Source: Candidatus Goldiibacteriota bacterium (lineage in GTDB: Bacteria > Oederibacteriota > JAAXVQ01). From it: a stretch of 60,348 nucleotides of DNA. Shown here one piece after another: positions 1-10,500 of this stretch (positions are counted from its first letter, which is position 1; the number at the start of each line of letters is the position of its first letter). Made by a program: the position numbers and the translations under genes. Below the pieces are notes generated by a model. It made no database searches, was not told the DNA's origin, and worked only from the letters and a program-made list of their open reading frames with translations. The stretch covers positions 1-60,348 of the forward strand of contig JAGVPM010000119.1 in assembly GCA_020052235.1 (NCBI GenBank). Reading direction: 5' to 3'.

Positions 1-65
1 AGCAATCTGTTTTAAGCTCTAAACGCTCCGAAAAAGCGAGATTGCTTCGCTTTGCTCGCAATGAC
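1..65. repeat. REP-like palindromic repeat (AGATTGCTTCG..CTCGCAATGAC family); left part cut by the window edge
   Basis: 1-8 agcaatct is the reverse complement of 39-46 agattgct. 36-65 gcgagattgcttcgctttgctcgcaatgac recurs as agattgcttcgtcgctatcgctcctcgcaatgacg at 60307-60341. Confidence 0.45.
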
Positions 66-140
66 AAATGTAAAGCTATTTAAGAAACACTACACTAGAG
101 TGCCGTTAGTGTTATGTTCTGCTGCGAAGGTGCATGTTTA

Positions 141-156
141 GTGCCTGGCACCTTAA
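141..156 (+). promoter_or_regulatory. 16-nt palindrome-containing motif GTGCCTGGCACCTTAA, shared with the upstream region of the 5,660-aa ORF
   Basis: An identical 16-mer occurs on the minus strand at 49966-49981. In both places it lies in an AT-rich island and points toward the downstream ORF (about 290 nt and about 180 nt upstream of the starts). Confidence 0.35.
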
Positions 157-178
157 TAATTTTAAGTATTTTTACTTA

Positions 179-227
179 ATAAATTAAAAACAATATTCTT
201 ATAATAAGAATATTGTTTTTAATTTAT
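179..227. repeat. Perfect 49-nt AT-rich palindrome (24-bp arms, 1-nt centre at 203)
   Basis: Checked base by base: 179-202 pairs with 204-227 without mismatch (ataaattaaaaacaatattcttat a ataagaatattgtttttaatttat). Confidence 0.85.
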
Positions 228-363
228 GTTATTCAAGGCACAAAAAATAAAATTTTTAAAATATATATTTATTGCCGTTCTTATTTTAAGAAATAACTAA
301 TATGTAAAATATTTATCGTTTCTTAAATTAAGATAAATATAATTGCTTGCATTTTTTTAGTCT

Positions 364-392
364 GTGCTATATCTTATTATAAGATATAGCAC
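364..392. repeat. Perfect 29-nt palindrome (14-bp arms) about 30 nt upstream of a consensus TATAAT (421-426); possible operator
   Basis: gtgctatatcttat t ataagatatagcac, checked base by base. It lies just upstream of the -10-like hexamer and the RBS of the 449-1006 ORF. Confidence 0.8.
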
Positions 393-448
393 TAATTACT
401 CTCAAGCTATGTTATTTTAGTATAATCTTATAATACGAGGTGATTGCT

Positions 449-1006
449 ATGAATGAACATAAATTACCGGATTTGACTAAATTCAAAGATAGTCTTTCAA
501 GTAAAAATGAAATTATAGGCATTATCTTGTCTACCAGTTTAAATCAATCAGAACAATTCACTCCTAATATATTTATTATTGTTGATAAAAACGAATATAT
601 TGATTCCATAAAATACATAATTGACTCAAATTATTCAAATTTGTTTAATTATGTAATTAAATCAATTGATGATTTGAATAAAATAGAAAGTTCACTCCTT
701 CAAGATATATTTAAATCAGGAAAGATAATTTATTGGAGTGGAACAAGCGATATTTCTGCCAGCCAATTGTTCAAACTAAAACCTTATTCGCTTTTTACCT
801 TCGAATTATCCGGGATGCCGCATAATCAGAAGGTACAGTTCAATTACCAGCTATATGGAAAGAAAAATTCAGGGCAAATTAAAGAATGGGAAGGAAAACG
901 GCTTACTAAATCTTGTTTCTATGTTCCTCATGGGCATAAATTTAAAGTAACACGTTTTTTAAGTAAATTTAATATAAAAAGCGAAACCATCGACATTTGG
1001 ATATAA
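449..1006 (+). CDS. Hypothetical protein in a low-GC island; N-terminal half faintly resembles a degenerate minimal nucleotidyltransferase fold
   Basis: The ORF track gives 440-1006 (GTG). ATG at 449 is preceded by GAGG at 437-440, so 449 is the likelier start. Very AT-rich coding sequence relative to neighbours. No confident family recognised. Confidence 0.55.
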   Translation: MNEHKLPDLTKFKDSLSSKNEIIGIILSTSLNQSEQFTPNIFIIVDKNEYIDSIKYIIDSNYSNLFNYVIKSIDDLNKIESSLLQDIFKSGKIIYWSGTSDISASQLFKLKPYSLFTFELSGMPHNQKVQFNYQLYGKKNSGQIKEWEGKRLTKSCFYVPHGHKFKVTRFLSKFNIKSETIDIWI

Positions 1007-1011
1007 TTAAA

Positions 1012-1258
1012 CGGAACTATGCTGTTGGCAAAGAAGCGCATTAGTTTAAATTAAAGGCCTAGTCATAAGCTTTTTAAAACATCGAGTCAGGCCCTCCACA
1101 ATGTGTCCCCCTGAATTCATGCCGGGCGTTTAATTTGGTGCGCGTACTGTAACTATGCACGGAGCAAAATGTTGGGCTTCGGACCCGATGTTTTAAAAAG
1201 CTTATGACTAGGCCCATGAATTCTTTATATTTGCTGCTTTGCCAACAGCATAGTTCCG
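1012..1258. mobile_element. MITE-like non-autonomous element: perfect 22-bp terminal inverted repeats and an 8-bp direct target duplication
   Basis: TIRs are cggaactatgctgttggcaaag (1012-1033) and ctttgccaacagcatagttccg (1237-1258). TAATTAAA abuts both ends directly (1004-1011 and 1259-1266). There is no transposase ORF inside; the interior is the long-hairpin element listed next. Confidence 0.7.
1056..1214 (+). repeat. Long-hairpin element, copy A (33-bp arms with one mismatch, conserved arm-proximal core, variable centre)
   Basis: Arm 1056-1088 pairs with 1182-1214 at 32 of 33 positions. Core blocks gtcaggccctc..aatgtgtccccc and aaaatgttgggcttcggaccc are identical to the reverse complement of copy B at 18434-18594. 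Confidence 0.8.
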
Positions 1259-1305
1259 TAATTAAATCATTTATATATAAAAATCACGGTAATCGCTTCC
1301 AGGGC

Positions 1306-1335
1306 AAAAAAAAACGGCCCGCGAAGGCCGTTTTT
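1306..1335 (-). terminator. Rho-independent terminator downstream of cspA (potentially bidirectional)
   Basis: Hairpin acggcc/ggccgt (1314-1331) is flanked by A9 on the plus strand, which is a U-run on the minus strand, and by T5 on the other side. Confidence 0.75.
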
Positions 1336-1370
1336 CTCTGAATCAGACGATTTTCGCCCGATGTGATTGG

Positions 1371-1574
1371 TTAGGCTGTTTTTGTAACATTGGCCGCTTG
1401 CGGGCCTTTGGGACCATCGATGATCTCAAACTCAACCGAATCACCTTCGCTTAGGCTCTTGAAGCCTTCACCCTTGATGGCCGAAAAATGCACAAACACA
1501 TCTTTGCCACCTTCGTGTTCCAAGAAACCAAATCCCTTTGCGTCATTGAACCACTTAACTTTACCTTGAACCAT
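1371..1574 (-). CDS. cspA: Cold-shock protein, CspA family
   Basis: 67 aa with [14 protein letters not shown] and DVFVHFSAI, the RNP1/RNP2 motifs of cold-shock domains. RBS aggagg lies upstream. Confidence 0.95.
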   Translation of the reverse strand: MVQGKVKWFNDAKGFGFLEHEGGKDVFVHFSAIKGEGFKSLSEGDSVEFEIIDGPKGPQAANVTKTA

Positions 1575-1771
1575 TAATCACGTTCCTCCTAAATTGGTGT
1601 TACTGCCAGATTCTGCCAATTCCTGGCTAATCCTTATATGAACCATAATCTTTATTCTTAACTCTGTCAAACATTGTTTTTCAATTTTTTGATTTTTTTT
1701 GCAGACACCTTGATTGTAGTGGTAGGAAGTTTTAGGGGATTTATCCAAAAAACAGGCAGAGCCGGTGCGGA

Positions 1772-2128
1772 TTATGCATCCGCCAATTGATGCAGGGTCG
1801 ATTTCAAAATTTCCAGGTCAAAAGGTTTGCCAAAACATGCGGCCACACCCATTTGCATAGCCTCAGCCCGCAATTGTTCGTCCATGGCCGAGGAAATTAA
1901 AACAATAATGGGTTTATGCGAAAAGTGCGCCAAGGTTTTGACCAATTCCAAGCCGTTATGCCCCTGCAGCTTAAAATCTGCGAGAATCACTCGGGGTTGA
2001 AACCCGGCGGCAATACTCATGCACTCTTCCGCGCTCAAGGCCGTGCAAACTTCAAAATCCGAGCTCAAGGCTATTTCCAAAGCCGTCAACATTCCTGGTT
2101 GATCTTCTACAATAAGCAAGCGTTGCAT
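1772..2128 (-). CDS. Stand-alone response-regulator receiver (CheY-like) protein
   Basis: 118 aa: LLIVEDQP, ILADFKLQGHNG (phospho-acceptor Asp context), and the GKPFD C-terminal motif. Confidence 0.85.
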   Translation of the reverse strand: MQRLLIVEDQPGMLTALEIALSSDFEVCTALSAEECMSIAAGFQPRVILADFKLQGHNGLELVKTLAHFSHKPIIVLISSAMDEQLRAEAMQMGVAACFGKPFDLEILKSTLHQLADA

Positions 2129-2175
2129 ATTATCCTCACTTAAACATCCGAAAGTTCAAGAAACACCAAACGCTC

Positions 2176-2526
2176 CTACCTAATCCAATCATTAAATCCC
2201 GATTCGGCAATGGTCTGCCGTATACCCTGCAAATCATCGGGATTGATATCAATGAGCTCAAATCCGGTGTCATAAAAATCGGTGTTAACGCTGCGTTCGC
2301 ACCATTTACTGACTGCCTGAAATTCCAAAAATTTTTCACCTTGCGGTCCTGCGTCGGTCAATAGCTTTAAATGAAACGTTTTTCCTATTTCCGTGGGAAA
2401 CTCGCTCATCATCATAATCCCCTGGGTGGTGATATCCACTAAAAACCCAAGCACTGCGTTACTCTCGCGCTCTATAACCCTGAGGTAAAAAATCAAATGC
2501 CGACGCTTAAATTTGCGTTTTTCCAT
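2176..2526 (-). CDS. PilZ-domain (c-di-GMP binding) protein
   Basis: KRKFKRRHL (RxxxR-type) followed by VDITTQG (DxSxxG-type) in a 116-aa protein. Confidence 0.75.
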   Translation of the reverse strand: MEKRKFKRRHLIFYLRVIERESNAVLGFLVDITTQGIMMMSEFPTEIGKTFHLKLLTDAGPQGEKFLEFQAVSKWCERSVNTDFYDTGFELIDINPDDLQGIRQTIAESGFNDWIR

Positions 2527-2602
2527 ACGCCAACCTCCTTCGCCTGCACTTAATCACCCGATTTCGGGATTTATTTTATGGATATAACCGTGCTCAAACA
2601 GG

Positions 2603-3229
2603 TTATCCCAATTTTTCGGCAATCTCTTCCATGCTGCTGAATACGTCAATGTGTGCGTGAGCCCTAAGTGCTTCAATACTGGTATACCCCCAGGGCACTC
2701 CCCCGAAAGCAATATGTTCTTTAACGGCAGCATCAATATCGCGCACTTCATCGCCGATGCAAATCGCCTCGCAGGGACGAACGCGGGCTTTTTTTATCAG
2801 CATTCGAAGCTTGGGACGTTTGCCGAACATGGAAACACCGCATTCCATATATTTTATATACGCCGTATTTTCCAGCCCTAAAACTTTCAATACATTATCC
2901 TTAGTATTGGAAGTTACCAAAGCCAGAATCACCCCTTGATCCGACAAGTGTTTCAACATGGCCGGCACACCCGCATAAAGGGGGACTTTTTGAATATCCC
3001 TGGCCATTCGCCGCCGTAAATCTCTGCCGATCATCGGCAAGCGCCACATCGACACGCCCAAATGCTTCATGGCTTTACGTGCATGGCAACAACGCAACAT
3101 CTCCACTTCATGGTCTTCAATATGCTTAAACCCATGTTTGTCCGCGAGCGAATTAATCACGCTCATAAACCAAGGAAATGTCGCTGCCAAGGTTCCGTCG
3201 AAGTCGAAGATTACAAGTTTATATTTCAT
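2603..3229 (-). CDS. HAD-superfamily hydrolase (phosphoglycolate-phosphatase-like, subfamily IA)
   Basis: VIFDFDGTL motif I, LVTSN motif II and IGDEVRDIDAA motif III/IV. Confidence 0.85.
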   Translation of the reverse strand: MKYKLVIFDFDGTLAATFPWFMSVINSLADKHGFKHIEDHEVEMLRCCHARKAMKHLGVSMWRLPMIGRDLRRRMARDIQKVPLYAGVPAMLKHLSDQGVILALVTSNTKDNVLKVLGLENTAYIKYMECGVSMFGKRPKLRMLIKKARVRPCEAICIGDEVRDIDAAVKEHIAFGGVPWGYTSIEALRAHAHIDVFSSMEEIAEKLG

Positions 3230-3424
3230 TTCGTTCTCAACATCCTTTATTTTTGCCGCTGCTTAATTTTTTTTTACTCCCCGGTATGCGCCTGCCGTCA
3301 CGCTCCCAGGGCCCAGCGAAAAATCTAAATGCCGCTTTATAATTGTAACTCAGCCGTGCCTATTATACTGATTCAAATATAGAAAAACCAAGGACTATTT
3401 ATAAAGTTATTTTTATATACACCA

Positions 3425-3441
3425 TTCCCGCGAAGCGGGAA
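3425..3441. repeat. Short REP-like hairpin ttcccgc-gaa-gcgggaa
   Basis: Perfect 7-bp stem in a 335-nt intergenic region. Confidence 0.4.
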
Positions 3442-3564
3442 CGGAACCTAAATTCCGGACTATTAATTATATGTGTTTTACGTTATGATTTAATCATTCT
3501 GTTTCCAAACGTTTTGTTTCAGCCTAACAGAGTGATCCGCTTCTATCCTTGAGGATTATTTATT

Positions 3565-4509
3565 TTGAAAGATCAACGGCTCATGAAAAATTTGCTGAAA
3601 TTGTTTATCCTGCTTTTGGCCGGATGGCTGAATTTTGTTCCCTGGGTTCATGCCGATGGAGCCTATCGGGTTGAAATTACCAAAAATGAAGCCGGAACCA
3701 CCACAGTCATTACCGAACCCGTAGGCGGACAATCCGGTTCGGATCTTTCGCAAACGACTTCCGTTACGCAAACCACCACTGCCACCAGTACCCAAACCAT
3801 TACTCAATCCAATACCTGGAGCCCGACGGGTACCTACTACACATCCCAAGGAACTAAGTATGATTCCGGAGGCGGATTTCTCAATGCCTTGATTCAAATT
3901 CTTTCCATGGTGGGAGACATCGGAATTTACGGCGGCTATGGATATTGGCACGCGCCTCTGCCTACGCGTTTTGCCTATCAAGGCAATGAATTGTGGAATT
4001 CCCAGCCGGGTATCGCGGTGACCCATTTGGGATTAAGCATCAATGTCCCTATGTTTACTTTTTTAGAATTCGAACCCTACCTCGGATTGATGTTTGGCGA
4101 GACCGGCCGTGAAAAGACATTACCGGCAGGATATGTTAAAGAACGGCTGCTGTTAAACGAAACACAATACGGGTTGACTTGCATTGTCCCTGCGGCAGCA
4201 CCCTTTTTCTTCGAGCTGGGAATCGGCGGCACTTCAACGACCACAACCTGTGAATTGGAAACCACCCTGCCTACGTTTAATTATGACGGCTTTATTTTGG
4301 ACCACACCAGCACATTTCAACTCACGTACGGCGCAGGGCTGAGCACGCCTTCGGATTGGAACGTACGCCTGCGCGGCGGACTGCAAGCCTATCAGCAATT
4401 TACTGATTTTGGGACCAGTTGGGGAATGCGCGCCTATGTCACTTTTATGTTTTCCAACAGGCGGCAAGAATATTTTTCCGGTTTTACTTCCCCGCCACCG
4501 GAAGATTAA
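3565..4509 (+). CDS. Secreted hypothetical protein with a Thr/Gln-rich low-complexity segment; C-terminal half possibly beta-rich
   Basis: TTG start in the track; the internal MKNLLKLFILLLAGWLNFVPWVHA looks like a signal peptide, so the true start may be near 3583. No family recognised. Confidence 0.6.
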   Translation: MKDQRLMKNLLKLFILLLAGWLNFVPWVHADGAYRVEITKNEAGTTTVITEPVGGQSGSDLSQTTSVTQTTTATSTQTITQSNTWSPTGTYYTSQGTKYDSGGGFLNALIQILSMVGDIGIYGGYGYWHAPLPTRFAYQGNELWNSQPGIAVTHLGLSINVPMFTFLEFEPYLGLMFGETGREKTLPAGYVKERLLLNETQYGLTCIVPAAAPFFFELGIGGTSTTTTCELETTLPTFNYDGFILDHTSTFQLTYGAGLSTPSDWNVRLRGGLQAYQQFTDFGTSWGMRAYVTFMFSNRRQEYFSGFTSPPPED

Positions 4510-4578
4510 CTATTTTCTAATTCCTAAACCACGCGCCATTTATCCGCCGGTTAAGACAGCCTGCAGGCGTTTAAAAAT

Positions 4579-7500
4579 TTAAGCTGCGTCATCAATCCCG
4601 CGGTGGAAAATACCCGGAACCAGTTGTTGCTGCGCAGGTGCAACCCGGAATTGCAGTTGATTCAGCACATCCAGCACAATTCCCCTTTCATGTCCCCTTC
4701 GCAATACGCCTGCCGGCAATATCAAAGTTTGGAGTTGGCCGCCGATAAGCAACGCTCCTTGATATTGAATTTTAATTCGAACCACTTGTCCGGCGGCCAT
4801 CTGTCCGGCCGACTGGGAGAAACTCATCAATTGCGCCAATTTGTCCGCTTCCGTGGCTGCCTGACTAACTGCCAGCTGCAACTGAGTTGCCCAGGAATCG
4901 CCCTTAGACTGGCGCTGCGTTTGGGTTGACCGCTCTTGCAACTGGCTTTCCAGCGAACGGTTAAATTCAAACTCGGCTTTTGGCTGCCGCGCAGCTTCTT
5001 CAGCCAAACGGAGTTCCAAATCCGTGGCAAACTCTCCAATCCTAAGCAAGGCAGGTGTGCTGAGGAACCGAACCTTTACCTCGCTCTGCAAGGCCCGTCC
5101 TTCATCATACAAACGTTGCAGCCAAGTGCGCTGCTCGGGCTGCTGCAAATGTTCCAGTTCGTGAGCCACGATTGCCAACCGGCGGATCTCCGGCAACGCA
5201 TTTATATTTTCATGAAAATATAATTCCCGGCCGCGCACATACGCACTGCTGCCTCCCAACCATAAAAGCCGCCAAAAAGAGGGGCGAATAAAGTTCAGGC
5301 GATTCTCCAAAGAGGCCGGCACATTCTGAGTCAACCCCTCCAGCCAAGATTTCCAATCCGCCGGTACGTCCACGAGCCCTTGCACCTTGCGTACGTCTTG
5401 CCTGAAATCCTCATAATCGTACGCCTTGGCCGGGCGGCCATAAAGAGAACGCAAATCCAAAACCCGCAGCGCAAAATATGGCGCGAGCAGCAAGGACAAA
5501 CCTGTACCCCAGCCCATTTGCATATTCCAGCCCGACAAGGATATCAGCACATCCATCACCATGCCGGCGGCGACCAAAACCACCCCCGGAGTAAACATGG
5601 ATTTTTTATGCGTATAGGGATTAACCCGTCCGGTGGTTTGCGGCTGGTATGTGGTGGTCAGGGCAACTTCGCCGAATACCGCCAGCAAGGTTTCATCGGC
5701 CATGGCTTTCAAGTCCGTTTCAGGTGCCGCGCGCAACGGCAAGAGAGCATCGCGAATCGTATCCACGGCTGCGATAGTACCCAAGGCTTTGATAGCCTCA
5801 AATGCCGCTTCCCGGTTGGCATTGGGCACGCGCAACATATTGGCCAGCGCATTAAAAATCAATTCCTTTTCGAGCGTACTTTGTTTAAATTCCGCCAAAG
5901 CTGCTGTGCGGGATTCGCGATTAAGCAATCGTTCCAACAATTGCATTTCAGGTGACGGCTGGTAGGCTCTCTGTTTTTCAGCCAATTGCTCTTCCGGTTG
6001 TTTTTCTTTTCCTTTATATTCCTGCTTTAGCTTGGGGCTTTCAGGCCCGATATTGGGTGCCGGGGATACGGGTTTAATGGCCATCCGGAATTGATCCGCG
6101 GTGGCCGTGCCGTGTTTGCGTAAAACCAAAATCTGAGTCCAACGCACTGTAAACGCCACTACCGGTGCCCCAGCAGCATTCCAGAGGGCGTGGACTAATG
6201 TGCTCCGGGTCAAACCTGCCAACAAGGCCACCAGCGGCGCAGTCAGCAAGGTAATAGCCCCTGCATTCGGCAGCAGGCCTGCCAACACTGTGACTGCCGC
6301 CCCTATGGACAACACGTTAAACAAACCCGTGACCAGGCTGCGTATAACCAACTGTCCGATGGTTTGGCCGGCTCCATGCGCCAGCACAAATTGCTTTTGA
6401 TAACGGAAATTAATCAACCCGGCCAGGACAATGGCCAAGGGCACCAGCAGGCGCAAATCCAGGCTGAAAAAAATCCCGGGCAGAGCTACCAACAAACCGG
6501 TTATGACAGGTAATGTCCTCCCCTGCCGAAACGCCTCCCAAACCCCGCGCAGTTTGCCCTGATTGGCACTGGAAATATTTTTCACCCGCGTGCCGATCCC
6601 GAATTCCTCCACCAGGGGAATACCTAAAAACGAAATTCGCGCCAGGCGCGCGGCCAGTCCCGATACCCCGGGTAATCGTAAAAGCCGCGAGGCCGGTAAA
6701 GCTGCCTGAAACGAACCGTCAAGTTTGACCTCAGGCGCTTCTTGGCGGATTATAGTTTCCGCTTGGTGCTGTAAGGTATAAATTCTCCGTAACACCGCGC
6801 CCGGATTACCGGATTCCGGAACATAATATAAACCCTGTTGCATTTCTGTATATAAAGAGGTTAATTTTTTATATTGCCCGCTGAGCGCCAACTGCATAAA
6901 TACCCGGCGAACCGGCAGGAACGAGTCCATGGCTTCCACATATTCCATAAACGTCGGCTCATTATTCTGCATGAGCCTCAAGGCATAATCAATCGTTATG
7001 TGTCCCATTCCTTTCCAATATTGCGCCAATTGCATGAAATTTTCAGGTTCGTGCGTGCGCCAATACGCATGGGTTGACTTATCCAGACCAGGCTCTGCCG
7101 CAGGCGCCAGCAAGGTTTGGTACTCCGGGCGCAGGGCAACTTGCGCCTGTTGCTCGGCTTGACGAATGCGGGCATTGGCTTCCTGTTGGCGCATACTACG
7201 CGCCAGGGCAACGGAAGAAAACCATATTTGCCAACCCGGATGATCCCAAGCCGACAAATCCCAATTTTGTTTCACATAGTACCTGGTTCCGGCAATCCAG
7301 CGGTCGCGAACCAGGCGCGAAAAAACCGGCAGCTCGGGAGTAATAAAATCCGGTTCCAATTCACCGGGTTTAGTCTGCGCTTGCAAACGCGCGGGACTTT
7401 GATATATTTGAGGAAACACCGTGCCCACCAAGCGGGCCACCAGGGCTATTGCGCGGGCTTCCCGGCTCTGTGCAGACCCCTTCAGAACACCCATGGCGGC

Positions 7501-10500
7501 TAAAACACCATCATACCCCAGGATATCTATGCCTGAATACACCACCGGTGCCGCCGAATGCGCAAACAAACGCCCGTGTATTTTTTTAGGCGCATTCGGC
7601 AGTTGGCGCAAAGTATCGGCCACGACTTGCAGCGTGCTGCTTTCAGAACCAATGTCCACCACGACCAGTTCTTTAAACTGATCCAATCCCGCCTGCTGCA
7701 GGAAAGATTTCAATGCCGCCGGGTCCTGTGCCATATCGGGGGTGATGTACAGTCCTTTCACCGCTTGCGTGTTACGCCCGGAGCTGTCGAGAATCTGAAG
7801 CGCTTGCGAATACATCCAGCCGCTTCCGTAAAGCAAATACACGACTCCAACGTCATTGCGGCCTGAAACTTCGTGACTTAAAAAACCATCCAACAAAGAA
7901 CGATTAAACATGAACAGCTGCTGCATGGCGTTTGATTCGAACAGGCGATCCACAAACATTTCCAGCAAACGTTTGGCTTTGCCCGCGCGTTCGGAATTTT
8001 CCGTGTCTTCGGCCAAGATGGCCAGCCGGTCCATGAGGATCGGCGCGGCCATGGGTTGCTCGGCAGCCATCCCCATTTCTTCCAAGGCCGCCACATAGCG
8101 GGAGATCTGAAGATGAAATTCCAAGTTCGCGGTCATTTCCAATGTAAACGCATCCACCAATTCCACCAACGATTTGGTGCCGCCGGACATTGGCACTTGC
8201 CGCCTTTGTGCCTCAAAAATCAAGCGGCCGGTCAATTGGGACGTTACCTTCTGATCCACGAATGCGGGATGATTCCGGCTTAAAAAATTCAGGGCTTCTT
8301 CCGCCCAGGTTTCATTCAGGGTATCCAACCGCGCTCCCAAACGCTGCATGCGATTGACCCAGGCCAAAACCACAGGCCCTGAGAGGCCTTCCAATTCCAG
8401 CGCGCCGGGGTCGTCACGGAGTTGGCGTTTGACCTGTTCAATCCCCGATGCATCCAATCCCCCCAATTGAATCACTTGTGAAATAAACCGTACCCCGGCA
8501 TCAATGCGGCGTTGTTCCTCCAAAGGCAACACATGTAAAACCGCATCACTTAAATTCGGTTTGCTTGCCGTGGGTAATACCGGCATGGTAGTAGGCTTGG
8601 ACGCGAACCAAGTTCCCGGTTGTAAAATCCGGCCGGAGGTTGCACCCATCATCCAGCCTGCGCCAGGCACCAGCAAGACCCCGGCCGGCAATGCGGCTTG
8701 CACTAGTTGCAAGCGCAGCCAATCCTGCGAAATCCCGACCTGTCCCTGAGCCGTAAGCGTTTGTATTGTCCGCTCCCAGGACGCTTGTTGAAAATAGGCA
8801 ATCCGAACATCATTAAGATCCGCTGAATACAAAACGCCTTCCAGCTCACTGGCGTTTACCGGCGCTGCATGCAGCACGGCAAAAAAAGGCGCGTTTTTCA
8901 TGGGTACGGCCCAGCCCAGCGGTGTTGCCACACTGTGCGCCAGATCCGGCTTAACGGTCTGGGTATTGGCCTCGTACCTGGCCAACAGAGCTTCAAACTG
9001 GGCCAGCAATGCTTCCAATCCCTTTACGCCCTGTTGCTGCAAATAATGCAGTGCATCCAATTTAAGGGTTAATTCCAGCCAAGCATAGGCCGTGCGCACA
9101 TCTGCCGTTAATTCGGTTTGTTCGTTTAAAATCCGGGTAGTTTGTTCCGAGAGCGCAAAAAACGGTTCCAAGGCCACGGTCTTTTGGGTTTGCGCCAACA
9201 ATTTTTCCAAAGGCGTCCTGCGTTTTTTCAATAATGAAAAATAAGGATTCAACAGGTCTTGATGCGTCACATTCGGTTTGACTTCCAGATACGAAACGCC
9301 GCGCATCCGCAACTGTTCCAAAATTTTCGGTGAATGAAATCCACCGGTAATCAACACGAATACCTGCGCACGCTGAGTTTTGATTTGCCGCAGCGCAGCT
9401 TCCGCAAAATCCCCGCTGCGGATATCGGCATTGACATAAAACGCAGCAGCTTTCTGTAAATACTCGTCGAGTTGAAAAATTTCCGTTTCCAGCGTTTGGC
9501 CATCCTGGGCATCGTACGTTTGGAGAAACTCGGCAATGTGTTTGATTTGAAATGCATCCGGATTATTTTGATAAACTTTAATTTCCGCGGGCGACGCGGC
9601 GACATTAAGCATTTTCTCCATAATGTCCACGCGGTGGCCGATCTCATCCAACAATCGGTCCTCATCCCTAGCATACAAAGGCCGGCGGACTTCCTTGTCC
9701 AACAGTTCCGCTTCGGCATACAACCGGTCGGAATCAACACTTTCCGGAATCACCGCAGACGCATTTTCCAAATAACCGCGCACATTCGGAAAACGATCCA
9801 AAGCCACGGCATTTTCCCTGGCAAAATTCTCCAAATAACGCAAATATTTATAGAGCGACATGGTTCCGGAGTGAAACGCTTGTTTTTGCTGATCCAGCTT
9901 CAACAAACGCGGATTAAAGAGATTTTTTTTGGCCTCATTGAGGCGTTCGCGCAGATCAGCGACGTAGCCTTCGCATTCGTCGGTTAAAAACGCCAACACC
10001 ATTTGGCGTGCAGCCCGGTAATGCTCGGGATTTTCAATTCCCAATAAGTTAACTTTCCGTTTGCCCGTGGCCGCATAATATTCCGCGCCGGAAATCTTGC
10101 CTTGCCGGATGAAATATTCCCCAACGCGCTCCCTTACCACAGGAATGGGAAATGTGGATAATTTGGTCACATTAACGGGTTTATCCGCGCCTTCGATCGC
10201 CACCCATTGCAATCCGTGTTTCTCAGCCAAATAATCCAAAAGATTGGCGATATTTTTCTGCACTTCATAATTGCAATGCAGATCTTGAATGTGAATGACG
10301 CAAGGGCCAGTGCCTTGCCATTGCTCGAGCACACGGCCATAGGCTTTGGGAATTTCAATGAACTCTGCGGACTTGTCCCCGGGCGCCTGAAATGCCCAAG
10401 CCAGGTGAGGAAGGAGCATGGCAATACAGATTAACCATGCCAACAAACTTCGAATCAGTTTATATTTTGGTTTGGCCCATTGGCCTATTGAAAAAAAATC

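Noticed and set aside
141-156. Reading the shared TGGCACC motif (also at 49966-49981) as a sigma-54 -24 element.
   Set aside because: The required GC at -12 is absent in both copies (TGGCAC-CTTAA-TAATT and TGGCAC-CTTAA-ACACC). It is kept only as an unexplained shared palindromic motif.
1085-1185. The core of the long-hairpin element considered as a twister-like self-cleaving ribozyme (GGUCCGAAGCCC and GAGGGCC resemble parts of the twister consensus as I recall it).
   Set aside because: The resemblance is partial and recalled from memory. I cannot build the pseudoknots or locate a cleavage site. A covariance-model scan is needed before any such claim.
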